Shown in pieces: positions 20,611 to 29,984 of a stretch of DNA of 64,000 nt. The notes beneath the pieces were generated by a model, which saw nothing but the letters and a program-made list of their open reading frames with translations, was not told the DNA's origin and did no database searches. Position 1 is the first letter of the stretch. The number at the start of each line of letters is the position of its first letter. The position numbers and the translations under genes are program-made. Source of the DNA: an uncultured Mycoplasmatota bacterium (lineage in GTDB: Bacteria > Bacillota_I > Bacilli_A > RF39 > UBA660); NCBI GenBank assembly GCA_946500695.1, contig CAMMWS010000002.1:1607-65606 (forward strand), written 5' to 3'.

Positions 20611-21339
20611 TTATATGATATTTTTATAAATTTTTTTCTTCTTTTGCAAAACAAATTTATCACTTTCTTCTATAATATCAAAATTACAACTAGTACTTAA
20701 GCTTTGATTCATTACTACGTCAACATTTTTATCACAATTACTACTATCTATTAGATTTCTATGATAACTAGGAAATGCACTTTTAGTCACTAAAACACCT
20801 AACAACCTATTAACATCATACTCTCTTAAAATACCTTTTTCTTTTTTTAAATTGATTTCATCTTTATCTGCATAATAAGACAAAACTACCGGTTTTTTCA
20901 TCTTTAAAATATTTTCTAAACAAATATGAATACTTCCAGAATGAATATTTATTTTAACTACTTGATTTCAAAAAGTTAAATCAGTTCGCATTGTAGATAA
21001 CTCAATATTACTACAAAATTCATCATCTAAAATATCACTTGCCACCTTATTAAATTTGTCACTATTAATAATTTCTAAAACTTTATCAGAAATAAAAACA
21101 CCATTTTCCTTTTCTACATTAGAACCAAACAAAGCACTTGATACTATCCTGTTAGGACTTTTATTCTTACTTATAAAATCATAATTAATATTTCTATTAT
21201 TAAGTGAAAAATGTAAATTATCATATTGACTATCAAGTCTTGCATATTTACTTAATTCTTGTAATTTACCTTCCATTCTCTGATATTCACTTCGTAGCCC
21301 TAAAACAACACTACTTATTTCATAAAAACTTGAATACAT
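20611..21339 (-). pseudogene. Hypothetical gene split by one in-frame TGA (ORFs 20968-21339 and 20611-20901 share a frame)
   Basis: My translation across the gap reads ...MRTDLTF * NQVVKINIHSGSIHICLENILK MKKPVV... The only stop is TGA at 20968-20970. No Shine-Dalgarno precedes the downstream ATG. Confidence 0.55.
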
Positions 21340-21367
21340 ATTTGCCTCCTTAAATATAATTTATATG

Positions 21368-21712
21368 CTAATCTACATATTTATGTTGCTCACTAGTCCA
21401 AGCAGGAGTACAAGGCACACATGCCTCAAACTCTCCTTCAAAGGCATAACATTCATTTTTATCAAGTAAAATTACATCACCAGTTTTAAACTCTATTACC
21501 TCTTCCTTATCTTTAACTTCTAAAACACCACTACCAGACATTATGTAAAGTAGTTCTTTACAAGCAGTATTAGTTTGATAACCCGCTTTAGGACTTCTAC
21601 CATTTATTTTAATAACAGCAACATTAATATCGGCATCAGTCATAGGATAATCCATACCAGAATACCCATCTCCACTATAAAACTCTGCCTTTTCTTTACT
21701 TACATAAATCAT
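21368..21712 (-). CDS. Cupin-domain protein
   Basis: 114 aa, small beta-barrel pattern (ELLYIMSGSGVLEV...GDVILLDKNECYAFEG). Confidence 0.65.
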   Translation of the reverse strand: MIYVSKEKAEFYSGDGYSGMDYPMTDADINVAVIKINGRSPKAGYQTNTACKELLYIMSGSGVLEVKDKEEVIEFKTGDVILLDKNECYAFEGEFEACVPCTPAWTSEQHKYVD

Positions 21713-21789
21713 AATAAATATCTCCTTTGTTTTTATTTACCCATATTATATCTTATAAATAGTTTTTTTTCTACAACATAATAATTTAA

Positions 21790-23088
21790 TTATTTTAATA
21801 CACTCCAATAACCATTTTTATATGCTCCTTCACGTTTTAAATAACCCTTATCTTTTAACGAACGTATAATTTTATTAATATATACCCTACTATAATTAGT
21901 TAATTTCATTAGAGTTTCAATGTTATAACTATTATTACTTTTAATTAATGATAAGATTTTAGTCTCCGCTTCATTTAAATCAGAATATTCATCTATAGAT
22001 GTAACATCATTTAATAATTCTTTATTAAGTGGTATAGTTACAATAATAGTATGTTCACTTATATAAAAAGCATCTTTTCCATAATTTTTAACAATTAAAG
22101 GAATACCATGACCAGTTTGATCAATATAATCTAAATCACAAAAAATCTTTAAAAGTTTTTTGTTAACAGGTTTTGATACACCTGCAAAAAAGTCTTCCTT
22201 TGTTAATGAAGATGGTAATCCTCCATTAGAAACAATTTCAATTCTATCATCATAAATATAAACTGCAGGAGGAATTTCTTCAGACCATTTAGTATGAACA
22301 CAAGCATTAAGCCATGCTTCTCTAAAAGAACTAAAATCAAAGTATTTTTCTTCTATTCTTTGTATTCCACCAAGTTTTACTTTAGTTTCATTAATACTTT
22401 CCATATATTCCAAAACATTATTAACAGAGAGTAACAAACACTTACCGCCATAATCAGTCCTTTTTAACATAACTGATTTATCAGTTCCTGCAAATGTAAC
22501 AACTTTAATAGATAAACCATTAGAATCCGCTAATAACTCTGCCATTAAATTATATTTATTATCATCTGTTTTTAACCCTAAATTATCTTCAAATTTATCA
22601 TTATTTATTTTAATATCATTAGATATATATAAAGCTTTAAGTATTTTAAATGTCAAATCTTGATTAGATGCATTTCTCTTTACTATATAATCAGGTTCAC
22701 CATCTTTATTTATTAATGCTTTAAGCATCTCTGGAGATAACTGTTTATCTTCATCAAATGATCTACTATAATATTTACCAAAAGCAGAATATGGAACATT
22801 ATCTCCCTTAGCATATACTTTAATAATTTTTTTATCTTCTATTAATTCTAATGATATATGAGGAATAATTTGAGGTTTTATTCCCTCAGAAACTTTTCTT
22901 GAAACATCTCTTAAAGTATTTTCATTTAAATCTTTTTGTCCAATCACATCACCATTATTTTTCACTCCAAAATACACTGTTCCTTCATTGTGTTTATTAA
23001 GCATAGCAGATAATGATATAACACCATCGATAAGCTCACTTGTACTTTTTTTAAATTCTATTTTTTCAGACTCAATTCCTAAATTCAT
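21790..23088 (-). CDS. AlbA_2 (Schlafen-like) domain protein with ATPase-like middle domain and C-terminal winged HTH
   Basis: Start at ATG 23086-23088 (MNLGIESEKIEFKKS, the typical AlbA_2 opening E..EFK) with GGAGGAA RBS at 23094-23100. C-terminus LSLIKSNNSYNIETLMKLTNYSRVYINKIIRSLKDKGYL is wHTH-like. The ORF-track N-terminal extension is translation of a DNA tandem repeat. Confidence 0.7.
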   Translation of the reverse strand: MNLGIESEKIEFKKSTSELIDGVISLSAMLNKHNEGTVYFGVKNNGDVIGQKDLNENTLRDVSRKVSEGIKPQIIPHISLELIEDKKIIKVYAKGDNVPYSAFGKYYSRSFDEDKQLSPEMLKALINKDGEPDYIVKRNASNQDLTFKILKALYISNDIKINNDKFEDNLGLKTDDNKYNLMAELLADSNGLSIKVVTFAGTDKSVMLKRTDYGGKCLLLSVNNVLEYMESINETKVKLGGIQRIEEKYFDFSSFREAWLNACVHTKWSEEIPPAVYIYDDRIEIVSNGGLPSSLTKEDFFAGVSKPVNKKLLKIFCDLDYIDQTGHGIPLIVKNYGKDAFYISEHTIIVTIPLNKELLNDVTSIDEYSDLNEAETKILSLIKSNNSYNIETLMKLTNYSRVYINKIIRSLKDKGYLKREGAYKNGYWSVLK

Positions 23089-23108
23089 CTTTCTTTCCTC
23101 CAATTTAT

Positions 23109-23168
23109 TGTATAATTTAGTGTATACTTTATTGTATACTTTATTATATACTTTATTGTATACTTTAT
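23109..23168. repeat. 12-bp tandem repeat x5 (TGTATACTTTAT; first copy degenerate) in the ATPase/AlbA_2 intergenic region
   Basis: Copies at 23109, 23121, 23133, 23145 (one mismatch) and 23157. Each unit carries the GTATAC palindrome. The first copy reads TGTATAAT on the plus strand. Confidence 0.9.
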
Positions 23169-23239
23169 CAACTCTTTGATTAAAATTTAAAAAATAATTA
23201 TTAACAAAGTTAATACTAAACCAAATAAACCTCAAGACT

Positions 23240-24472
23240 CTAATCTTGGGGCTCACTATAATTAATAACATTAGAAACAGGTATAATGTAATTATTTTCA
23301 TCTAACTTAGTCAAAGTATCATAAAAACAAATTATTCCTCCAGTTCCTATTTCTTTTTTAGTTTTCTCTAACTTACTAAAATTCTTAATCATTTCTTTTT
23401 TAGGAATAGCAGTCTTTTTTATCTCTAAAGGATATAACTTATTATTCTTATAGAATATTAAATCTATTTCATTTTTCTCTTTATCACGATAATAATAAAG
23501 ATTAGGGGTAATTCCTCTTGCATTATATGCTTTAATTATCTCACTAACAATAAATGTTTCTAAATAATGTCCTGAACTAGAACCAAGCTGTAACTCTCTT
23601 GCACTAGTATATCCTGATAGATAAGCAGCAAGACCTGTATCCATAAATACAATTTTAGGTAAATGAGTTATTCTTTTAAGTTCACTATTCATATAAGGCT
23701 CAAGTAAATAAACAAGTCCAGATGTTACTAAAATACTTAACCACCTAACTGCAGTAGGAACACTAATTAAAGCATCATTAGCAAGAGCCGTATAATTAAG
23801 TTGTTCTCCTGTCCTAGATGCAACACTTACAATAAATTTTCTAAAACTAAGTTCATTTCCTATCTCTGTTAGTTCTTTAACATCACGAGAAATATAAGTG
23901 TCAAGATAACTATTAAAATAAATATCTCGTGACATATCTTTCTCCATATAAAGTGTAGGCATACCACCTTTAAATATTATCTCATATAATTTATTAACAT
24001 CTATCTTAGGCATAATTTTATACTCATTTAATTTAGCAGGATCAAACAATTCTTTCTTTTCATTTTTAACTATCTCAGAATACATAAAGCTATTTAAATT
24101 AATAATACCAACACGGCCTGCTAAAGATTCACTAACATTTTTCATCAAATGAAATTGTTGTGAACCTATTAACCAGTACATCCCATTTTTATTTTCTCTA
24201 TCAACATTTATTTTTATATAAGAAAACAAATTAGGAGCATATTGCACTTCATCAATAAGCAAAGGAGCAGGATGTTCTTCTAAAAACAATTTAGGATCAC
24301 TCTTCGCTTGTTCACGTAAAACTTCATCATCCAAAGTTATATATTCCATATTATCAGGCTTCAAACTTAGCAAAAGTGTTGTTTTACCTACCCCTCTAGG
24401 TCCAAAAACAAACAGTACTTTAAATGTCTTACTTACATTTTCTACTATTTCTTTTACTTCTCTAGAGTACAT
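23240..24472 (-). CDS. AAA-family ATPase with C-terminal DUF4143-like domain
   Basis: Walker A VFGPRGVGKTTLL, Walker B LLIDEVQ. C-terminal half typical of AAA_14/DUF4143 ATP-binding proteins. ATG 24470-24472 preferred (AGGTGA 5 nt upstream). Confidence 0.7.
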   Translation of the reverse strand: MYSREVKEIVENVSKTFKVLFVFGPRGVGKTTLLLSLKPDNMEYITLDDEVLREQAKSDPKLFLEEHPAPLLIDEVQYAPNLFSYIKINVDRENKNGMYWLIGSQQFHLMKNVSESLAGRVGIINLNSFMYSEIVKNEKKELFDPAKLNEYKIMPKIDVNKLYEIIFKGGMPTLYMEKDMSRDIYFNSYLDTYISRDVKELTEIGNELSFRKFIVSVASRTGEQLNYTALANDALISVPTAVRWLSILVTSGLVYLLEPYMNSELKRITHLPKIVFMDTGLAAYLSGYTSARELQLGSSSGHYLETFIVSEIIKAYNARGITPNLYYYRDKEKNEIDLIFYKNNKLYPLEIKKTAIPKKEMIKNFSKLEKTKKEIGTGGIICFYDTLTKLDENNYIIPVSNVINYSEPQD

Positions 24473-24543
24473 ATAAATCACTTCCTCTTACATTAATGAT
24501 ACAGCAGAATGTAAAGAAAGCCAATATTTATATATTAAATTAG

Positions 24544-26832
24544 TCAAACTGTTATCTCTTGCTTTCCATTATACCAAGCATCAACAATAATAGGAGTAAC
24601 CACTTCATCTATAACTTTATCAACACGCCTCGCACCAAATTTCTCATAATTACTTTCTTTAATAACTTTATCCACAATTTTTGGGGATATCTTTATCTTT
24701 AAATCTTTCTTTTTAAATCCCTCTATTAAAACATTAAATCTTTTTTCCACAATTTTGTGAATAACATCACTACTTATATCACTAAAATAATAAATCTTAC
24801 CTATTCTATTAACAAATTCCACACCTAAAAACTCTTCTATATCGAGATTGTTCTTACTTTCTGTAAATCCTATTGAATCATTTGAATATCCTAAATTAGT
24901 AGTCATAAAAAGAAATACATTATCAAATCTAACCTTTCTACCTCGAGAATCAGTTAAAACACCCTCATCAAGTACTTGTAAGAAGAGTTTCATTACTTCA
25001 CTAGAAGCTTTTTCTATCTCATCTAATAAGATTACAGAGTGAGGATGCATTCTAATTGTATCTAAAACAGTTAAATGATTATCAAAACCAACATAACCAG
25101 GTGGAGAACCAATAATCTTACTGACAGTATGAGCTTCCTTATATTCACTCATATCAAGTCTTATAAAATTAGATTCCCCATATAGAAGTTTTGCAAACTC
25201 TTTAACTAATAAAGTCTTCCCAACACCAGTTCTACCACAGAATAAAAAAGATTCTATATGAGGTTTATCTTGAAAACCAAGTCTAACCTTCTTAACTCTA
25301 TTACACAAATCAGTAATAATCTCATCTTGTCCTAAAACTATCTTTTTTAAATTTTTATCTAAGTTGTTTATAATCTTTCTACTACTCTTATTAATCTCAT
25401 AAACAGGTATCTTAGTTTTTAAATATATAACATCTGCAACCATCTCTTTAGTTATTTTCTTAGGCTTTCTTTTAGTCATTAAATTAAGTTCTAAATCATT
25501 CTTCTTAGTAAGTAACTCTTTTTCTTTCTCTTTATAAGTTGAAGCTAAATCAAAGTCTTGTTTCATAATTGCTTTCTTTTTATCATTTATCACATTCTGT
25601 AATAGAACATTAATATGATGAAGAATAGAATCATTTTTACTCTCCAATAAAGATGCTTTAGTACAAACTTCATCTAATATATCAATAGACTTATCAGGCC
25701 GATAATATTCATATATATACGTATCACTAAGATCAACTATTAAATCAATAATATCATCACTTATACTAACAAAATGATATGCTTCATATAAAGGCTTTAA
25801 TTTCTTTAATATTTCTTTAGTTTTCTCTTTTGTAGGTTCTTCTATCACTATAATTTGAAATCTTCTATTTAAGGCTTTATCTTTTTCAATAAAAGTATGA
25901 TATTCATATGTAGTAGTCGCTCCAATTAATTGTATCTTTCCTCTTGCTAAAGCAGGTTTAATAATGTTAGAAGCATCTATCGCTCCTTCTGCACCACCTG
26001 CTCCTACAATAGTATGAATCTCATCAATAAATACAATAATATCATCATTTTCTTCCAGTTCTTTAAGTATTTTAGAAACCCTTTCTTCAAACTCTCCTCT
26101 ATATTTTGTCCCTGCCACTAAATTAGCCATAGGTAAAGAAAGAATAGTCTTACCTTTAAGAGGTTTAGGAACGTTACCTTCTACTATTCTTCTAGCCAGT
26201 TCTTCAACAATAGCAGTCTTACCAACCCCTGCTTCACCAATTAATAAAGGATTATTTTTACCTCTCCTACATAATATCTCTATTAAACTTTTAATCTCAT
26301 CATCACGCCCTATAACAGGATCAACCTCATTACCAACAATCTTTTTATTAAGATTAACAGCAAAGTCCTCTACAAGCAACTTCTTGTGTAATGCTTTATT
26401 ACTAACTTTAGAGTCTTTTGAAATAGAGTTATATATCTCATCTACATCTATATTAAGACCAATCAAAAGTCTAATAGCAACACCTTCACCTTCTTCAAGT
26501 ATTGCAAGTAAAAGTTCATTAACACTAACTTCTATTTCTCCTTTTTCTTTACTATTTAATATTGCAGTCTCAATAACTCTTTTCAAAAGTGGTGTATACA
26601 AAAACCATTCATTCGCTTCTTTACCAACTCCTACTATTTTAATAAGTTCTTCTTTAAAAATTTTATAAGTTATATTATAAGATGCCAACACTTTGGTAAC
26701 CTCTAAATTTTTCTGTGACAATATAGAAAGAAACAAATGCTCACTTCCCACATAAGGATGCCTCAAATTATTCATCTCTTTTTTTGCAAGTATCAAAGCT
26801 TTCTGTGCTTCTTCACTAAATCTTGAAAACAT
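24544..26832 (-). CDS. clpC: Class III stress-response AAA+ chaperone ClpC-like ATPase
   Basis: Clp_N repeats (HPYVGSEHLFLSIL), two AAA modules (GEAGVGKT and GRTGVGKT), 762 aa. Ends in TGA. No ctsR/mcsA/mcsB upstream. Confidence 0.9.
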   Translation of the reverse strand: MFSRFSEEAQKALILAKKEMNNLRHPYVGSEHLFLSILSQKNLEVTKVLASYNITYKIFKEELIKIVGVGKEANEWFLYTPLLKRVIETAILNSKEKGEIEVSVNELLLAILEEGEGVAIRLLIGLNIDVDEIYNSISKDSKVSNKALHKKLLVEDFAVNLNKKIVGNEVDPVIGRDDEIKSLIEILCRRGKNNPLLIGEAGVGKTAIVEELARRIVEGNVPKPLKGKTILSLPMANLVAGTKYRGEFEERVSKILKELEENDDIIVFIDEIHTIVGAGGAEGAIDASNIIKPALARGKIQLIGATTTYEYHTFIEKDKALNRRFQIIVIEEPTKEKTKEILKKLKPLYEAYHFVSISDDIIDLIVDLSDTYIYEYYRPDKSIDILDEVCTKASLLESKNDSILHHINVLLQNVINDKKKAIMKQDFDLASTYKEKEKELLTKKNDLELNLMTKRKPKKITKEMVADVIYLKTKIPVYEINKSSRKIINNLDKNLKKIVLGQDEIITDLCNRVKKVRLGFQDKPHIESFLFCGRTGVGKTLLVKEFAKLLYGESNFIRLDMSEYKEAHTVSKIIGSPPGYVGFDNHLTVLDTIRMHPHSVILLDEIEKASSEVMKLFLQVLDEGVLTDSRGRKVRFDNVFLFMTTNLGYSNDSIGFTESKNNLDIEEFLGVEFVNRIGKIYYFSDISSDVIHKIVEKRFNVLIEGFKKKDLKIKISPKIVDKVIKESNYEKFGARRVDKVIDEVVTPIIVDAWYNGKQEITV

Positions 26833-26909
26833 AAAATTCCTCCAATCTAATAATATTGTAAAGATTTTTACTTACTCTAATCAAGAAATAGAAGCCCCAA
26901 AAAACTGAC

Positions 26910-26931
26910 AAAAAAAAGACCCCTAAGGGTC
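26910..26931 (-). terminator. Rho-independent terminator after the YfcC-like transporter gene
   Basis: Minus strand: GACCC TTAG GGGTC followed by eight T. Confidence 0.75.
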
Positions 26932-26939
26932 CAAGATTA

Positions 26940-28370
26940 CTATATTATTAGTAATAATACTGTAAATACTATAAATGCTAATACAAGTAATGCTACTAAT
27001 AGTTTCCAAATATACTTAAACCAATCTTTAAATGAAGTATTAGTATAAGCAAGTGTTATCATTAATGGAATACTTGTAGGAGCTACTAAAGTAACAATAC
27101 CATATAAGCTCTGGAATATTACAGCAATAAGTTGATAATTATTAGTATCAGTAACAACACTTACAAAGTATGGTAATACACTATAAAAAGCATAAAGTGG
27201 ATCGCCATTAAAGATACTAGAAATAACTACAACCAAACCAGTAGTAAAGATATTAAATCCTTTAGTTAATCCTAAAATAAAATGATATATAACTAATTGA
27301 TATGGATCATAAGTTGTAAGTACTAAACAAGTATATATTAGGATAACAATTAAAGCTGGAACTAATGCTTTTTTAACACCTTTACCAAAACTATCAAATA
27401 TATCATTCCATTTAATTTTATAAACAAATTTAATAATAATGATAGCAAGCAACATTAAAGTTATTAGTTCTAATAAAGACCAATATCCAAAAGCACTGAC
27501 AGCTCCCAAAATTTTACCAAAAATAGGGAACCCAAACAATTCAAATTCAGTAATAGCAGTAGTTACATCATCAAATAAAGTAATACCAAAAGCACTATTC
27601 CAAGGAATAAAGCCTAAAATTGTAACTATTAGTATTAAATCTAATATTAAAACTAATGGCCATACTTTAATCTTATGTTTTTTATCCTTATCTTTCTCTT
27701 TACTTTTAGTAGCCTTAATTTCTTCTGGAATAAAATCTTCTTTATCATCAATTTTTTTAGTACTAGCTTTCTTACCAAATTTCAAAACAAATAAAGCAAG
27801 TAAGACTACCCCTAAAACTAAAAGAACAATTTTAGCCCAAATTAAATCTGTAAGTTCTACCGATAAGTATTGTTGTAATACTTGAGTTGTATTATAAGAA
27901 AATGTAGTTCCCATTAGACCTACAGCCACACTACCAGCAGTAACAGCAGTAGCAGCAAGTTTATTGTACCCCATCATAAGTACTAAAGAAATAACAAATG
28001 GGAATAACATTAATAATGCTAATTGTAGTCCTGCAAATGAAGTTAAAAATGCGAATACTGCCATAATAACAACTAAGCATATTACTTCTTTACCTTTAAA
28101 CTTCTTTACTAAACTATCTAGCACTCTTCTATAAGCTCCAGTTTTATATAAAACTCCATAGAAACCACCAACAACTAATACAAATAAAGCAACATAACCA
28201 AAGTAACCAAGAACAGTTGATTGATATGATAATATATCAAATAAACCAACTTGATATCTACCTAAGTCTGTATACTCAGTTTGATAAGTTGCACAAGGTA
28301 AAATCCATGTTAACAAAGCAAATAAAAGTAATGTTATAATAACAACTTTAAGTGTGTTATGCTTTTTCAT
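26940..28370 (-). CDS. YfcC/DcuC-like polytopic membrane transporter
   Basis: About 476 aa from ATG 28368-28370 (MKKHNTLKVV) with GGAAGGAG RBS. Many TM segments; the N-terminus resembles YfcC-family proteins. Confidence 0.55.
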   Translation of the reverse strand: MKKHNTLKVVIITLLLFALLTWILPCATYQTEYTDLGRYQVGLFDILSYQSTVLGYFGYVALFVLVVGGFYGVLYKTGAYRRVLDSLVKKFKGKEVICLVVIMAVFAFLTSFAGLQLALLMLFPFVISLVLMMGYNKLAATAVTAGSVAVGLMGTTFSYNTTQVLQQYLSVELTDLIWAKIVLLVLGVVLLALFVLKFGKKASTKKIDDKEDFIPEEIKATKSKEKDKDKKHKIKVWPLVLILDLILIVTILGFIPWNSAFGITLFDDVTTAITEFELFGFPIFGKILGAVSAFGYWSLLELITLMLLAIIIIKFVYKIKWNDIFDSFGKGVKKALVPALIVILIYTCLVLTTYDPYQLVIYHFILGLTKGFNIFTTGLVVVISSIFNGDPLYAFYSVLPYFVSVVTDTNNYQLIAVIFQSLYGIVTLVAPTSIPLMITLAYTNTSFKDWFKYIWKLLVALLVLAFIVFTVLLLII

Positions 28371-28460
28371 ATCTTTCTCTCCTTCCAACTATAATTATAC
28401 GAATAATTCCCTTAGTTTACAAGCTTTTACCCACTTTTTTCATGAAATTTTTGTGAATAT

Positions 28461-29129
28461 TTAAAAAATATTAAAAAAAGCTTCAAATATTTTCCTAGCA
28501 TTTATATCTTTATCAAAAATTGTTTCTGGATGCCACTGTACTCCTATAATAAATTTTTTATTTTTAATTTCAACAGCTTCTATCAATCCATCCTTACTTC
28601 TAGCACTAATATAATTAACTCTCAAAAGAGGCACATGATAATTATGCCTAGAATTAACTTTAATCTTCTCTTCTTCTATAATAGAAAACAGCTTACTATT
28701 TTTGTCAATAATAACTTCATGAGCATAATCTTCATCAGGTAAATAATGATTAATAGAAGTATTATTTTTAATAGTATTATCATAAGCAACCTTCTTTTCA
28801 GAATTTAATACTTTACTTAAAGCCTGCATACCCAAACAAATAGCAAGTAATGGTTTATCATACTTAATAGCATACTCTATAACTATTTCATCTAATTGAT
28901 ACCAAGTATCGCCTCCTGGCAAAATAAAACCATCACACAACTTAAGAATTTTTTCTAAATCTTCAATTTCTTGAGTATTATAAAAATAACTAACATCATT
29001 CTTTTCATCTGTTATCTTAGTCTTATCAACAGGCAAAATAAGTATAGGTATCCCACCCATTTTTGTAACAGCATATCTTATTTCTTCAACACAAATAATA
29101 TTAGCATCTCCACTATAAAGCCTTCCCAC
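28461..29129 (-). CDS. Class I glutamine amidotransferase-like / peptidase C26 gamma-glutamyl hydrolase family
   Basis: Nucleophile elbow LLAICLGMQ and VQWHPE His/Glu motif. Confidence 0.75.
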   Translation of the reverse strand: MGRLYSGDANIICVEEIRYAVTKMGGIPILILPVDKTKITDEKNDVSYFYNTQEIEDLEKILKLCDGFILPGGDTWYQLDEIVIEYAIKYDKPLLAICLGMQALSKVLNSEKKVAYDNTIKNNTSINHYLPDEDYAHEVIIDKNSKLFSIIEEEKIKVNSRHNYHVPLLRVNYISARSKDGLIEAVEIKNKKFIIGVQWHPETIFDKDINARKIFEAFFNIF

Positions 29130-29201
29130 TATACCAATAATAGGTTTAATAAAACATCACCTCAAAATAAGATATGAAAAAAAGATAAGAAGCGTTAACT
29201 C

Positions 29202-29963
29202 TTATCTTAATACTTTACTTTTTATTAAATGAGTATCATAATTAACTCTTTCTAAATCAGAAACAAATGGTAAAAAATCTGCAATATTAGGTATAGGACA
29301 ATCTAATAAAAGATTTTTATTGGCAACGACAATCAAAGGAAAAATCGAAGTACCTTTTAAAAGCTCTTCTAATAATGAAAGATCTAAAAGACCGTCTTTA
29401 ACCAAAGCTTCTTCTAATTCAATACCATATATTAAACTAAAATAGCTAATTAAGGCTTTATAATTATCAGCATTAAAAGAAACATCAAAATTTTCATCTT
29501 TATAACTCAAATAAAACCTTACATAAGAAATATCCTCATCGCCAAAAGTTACTGAGTCAAAATCAATTAAATGTCCACCATTTGAGTCAATTAATAAATT
29601 AGACGTATGCACATCATTAAAACAAAGATCATAACGATGCAAAGTATTTAATTGATTATCAGTATCAGTAATTGCCTTAATTTTTTTATCTAGTGGAAAA
29701 TGACTAGCTTTAGCAAAAGGTATAGCATCTTTAAAATAATACATAACTATACCTTTATATTCCTCATCAATAATTAAATAATCAATTGGTTCAGCACTAT
29801 TCTCTATATATGGTTTCCCAAATAAATAATCAAATATTAATCTAGTTTCAGAACTATTATACCTATTTTTCTTAAGCAAAAAATTATCTTTTATTCTAAG
29901 TTGTGAACAAAATGTATTGTAAATTAATTCTAAGCTTTCATACTCTTCTTTTGTAATTTCCAC
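29202..29963 (-). CDS. Small protein-kinase-like fold protein (Bud32/RIO/Kdo or CotS-like)
   Basis: NDVHTSNLLIDSNGGHLIDFDSV matches the HxDxxxxN...IDFD catalytic and Mg-binding loops of small atypical kinases. Confidence 0.55.
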   Translation of the reverse strand: MEITKEEYESLELIYNTFCSQLRIKDNFLLKKNRYNSSETRLIFDYLFGKPYIENSAEPIDYLIIDEEYKGIVMYYFKDAIPFAKASHFPLDKKIKAITDTDNQLNTLHRYDLCFNDVHTSNLLIDSNGGHLIDFDSVTFGDEDISYVRFYLSYKDENFDVSFNADNYKALISYFSLIYGIELEEALVKDGLLDLSLLEELLKGTSIFPLIVVANKNLLLDCPIPNIADFLPFVSDLERVNYDTHLIKSKVLR

Positions 29964-29984
29964 GAACCTTACCCCTTCCCTAAT

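Noticed and set aside
20968-20970. Possibility that the genome uses translation table 4 (TGA = Trp), given the very low GC and the in-frame TGA
   Set aside because: Long conserved genes are intact under the standard code. Trp positions in conserved motifs are TGG-encoded in the ORF track. At least clpC terminates at a TGA at the expected protein length. The TGA at 20968 is therefore a local event.
23109-23168. CRISPR-like array
   Set aside because: The units are only 12 bp, directly abutting with no spacers, and there are no cas genes. This is a simple tandem repeat.
23089-23301. N-terminal extension of the AlbA_2 ORF containing VYNKVYNKVYNKVYTKLYNK
   Set aside because: It is the translation of the intergenic 12-bp DNA tandem repeat. 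It overlaps the 3' end of the upstream ATPase gene. A strong GGAGGAA RBS precedes the internal ATG at 23088, where the AlbA_2 domain signature begins.
27439-27885. 148-aa plus-strand ORF. The same applies to the other 60-110-aa antisense ORFs: 2632-2832(-), 3649, 9585, 11651, 21575, 22988, 24848, 26384, 28530, 28971, 31572, 32595, 32916, 33828, 35086, 38860, 41508, 42610, 43279, 56762, 57305, 59236, 60562 and 62844.
   Set aside because: All lie antisense to, or overlapping, strongly supported conserved genes. They are Ser/Ile/Leu/Phe/Asn-rich, as expected for the complement of AT-rich coding DNA. They lack RBSs and recognisable motifs.
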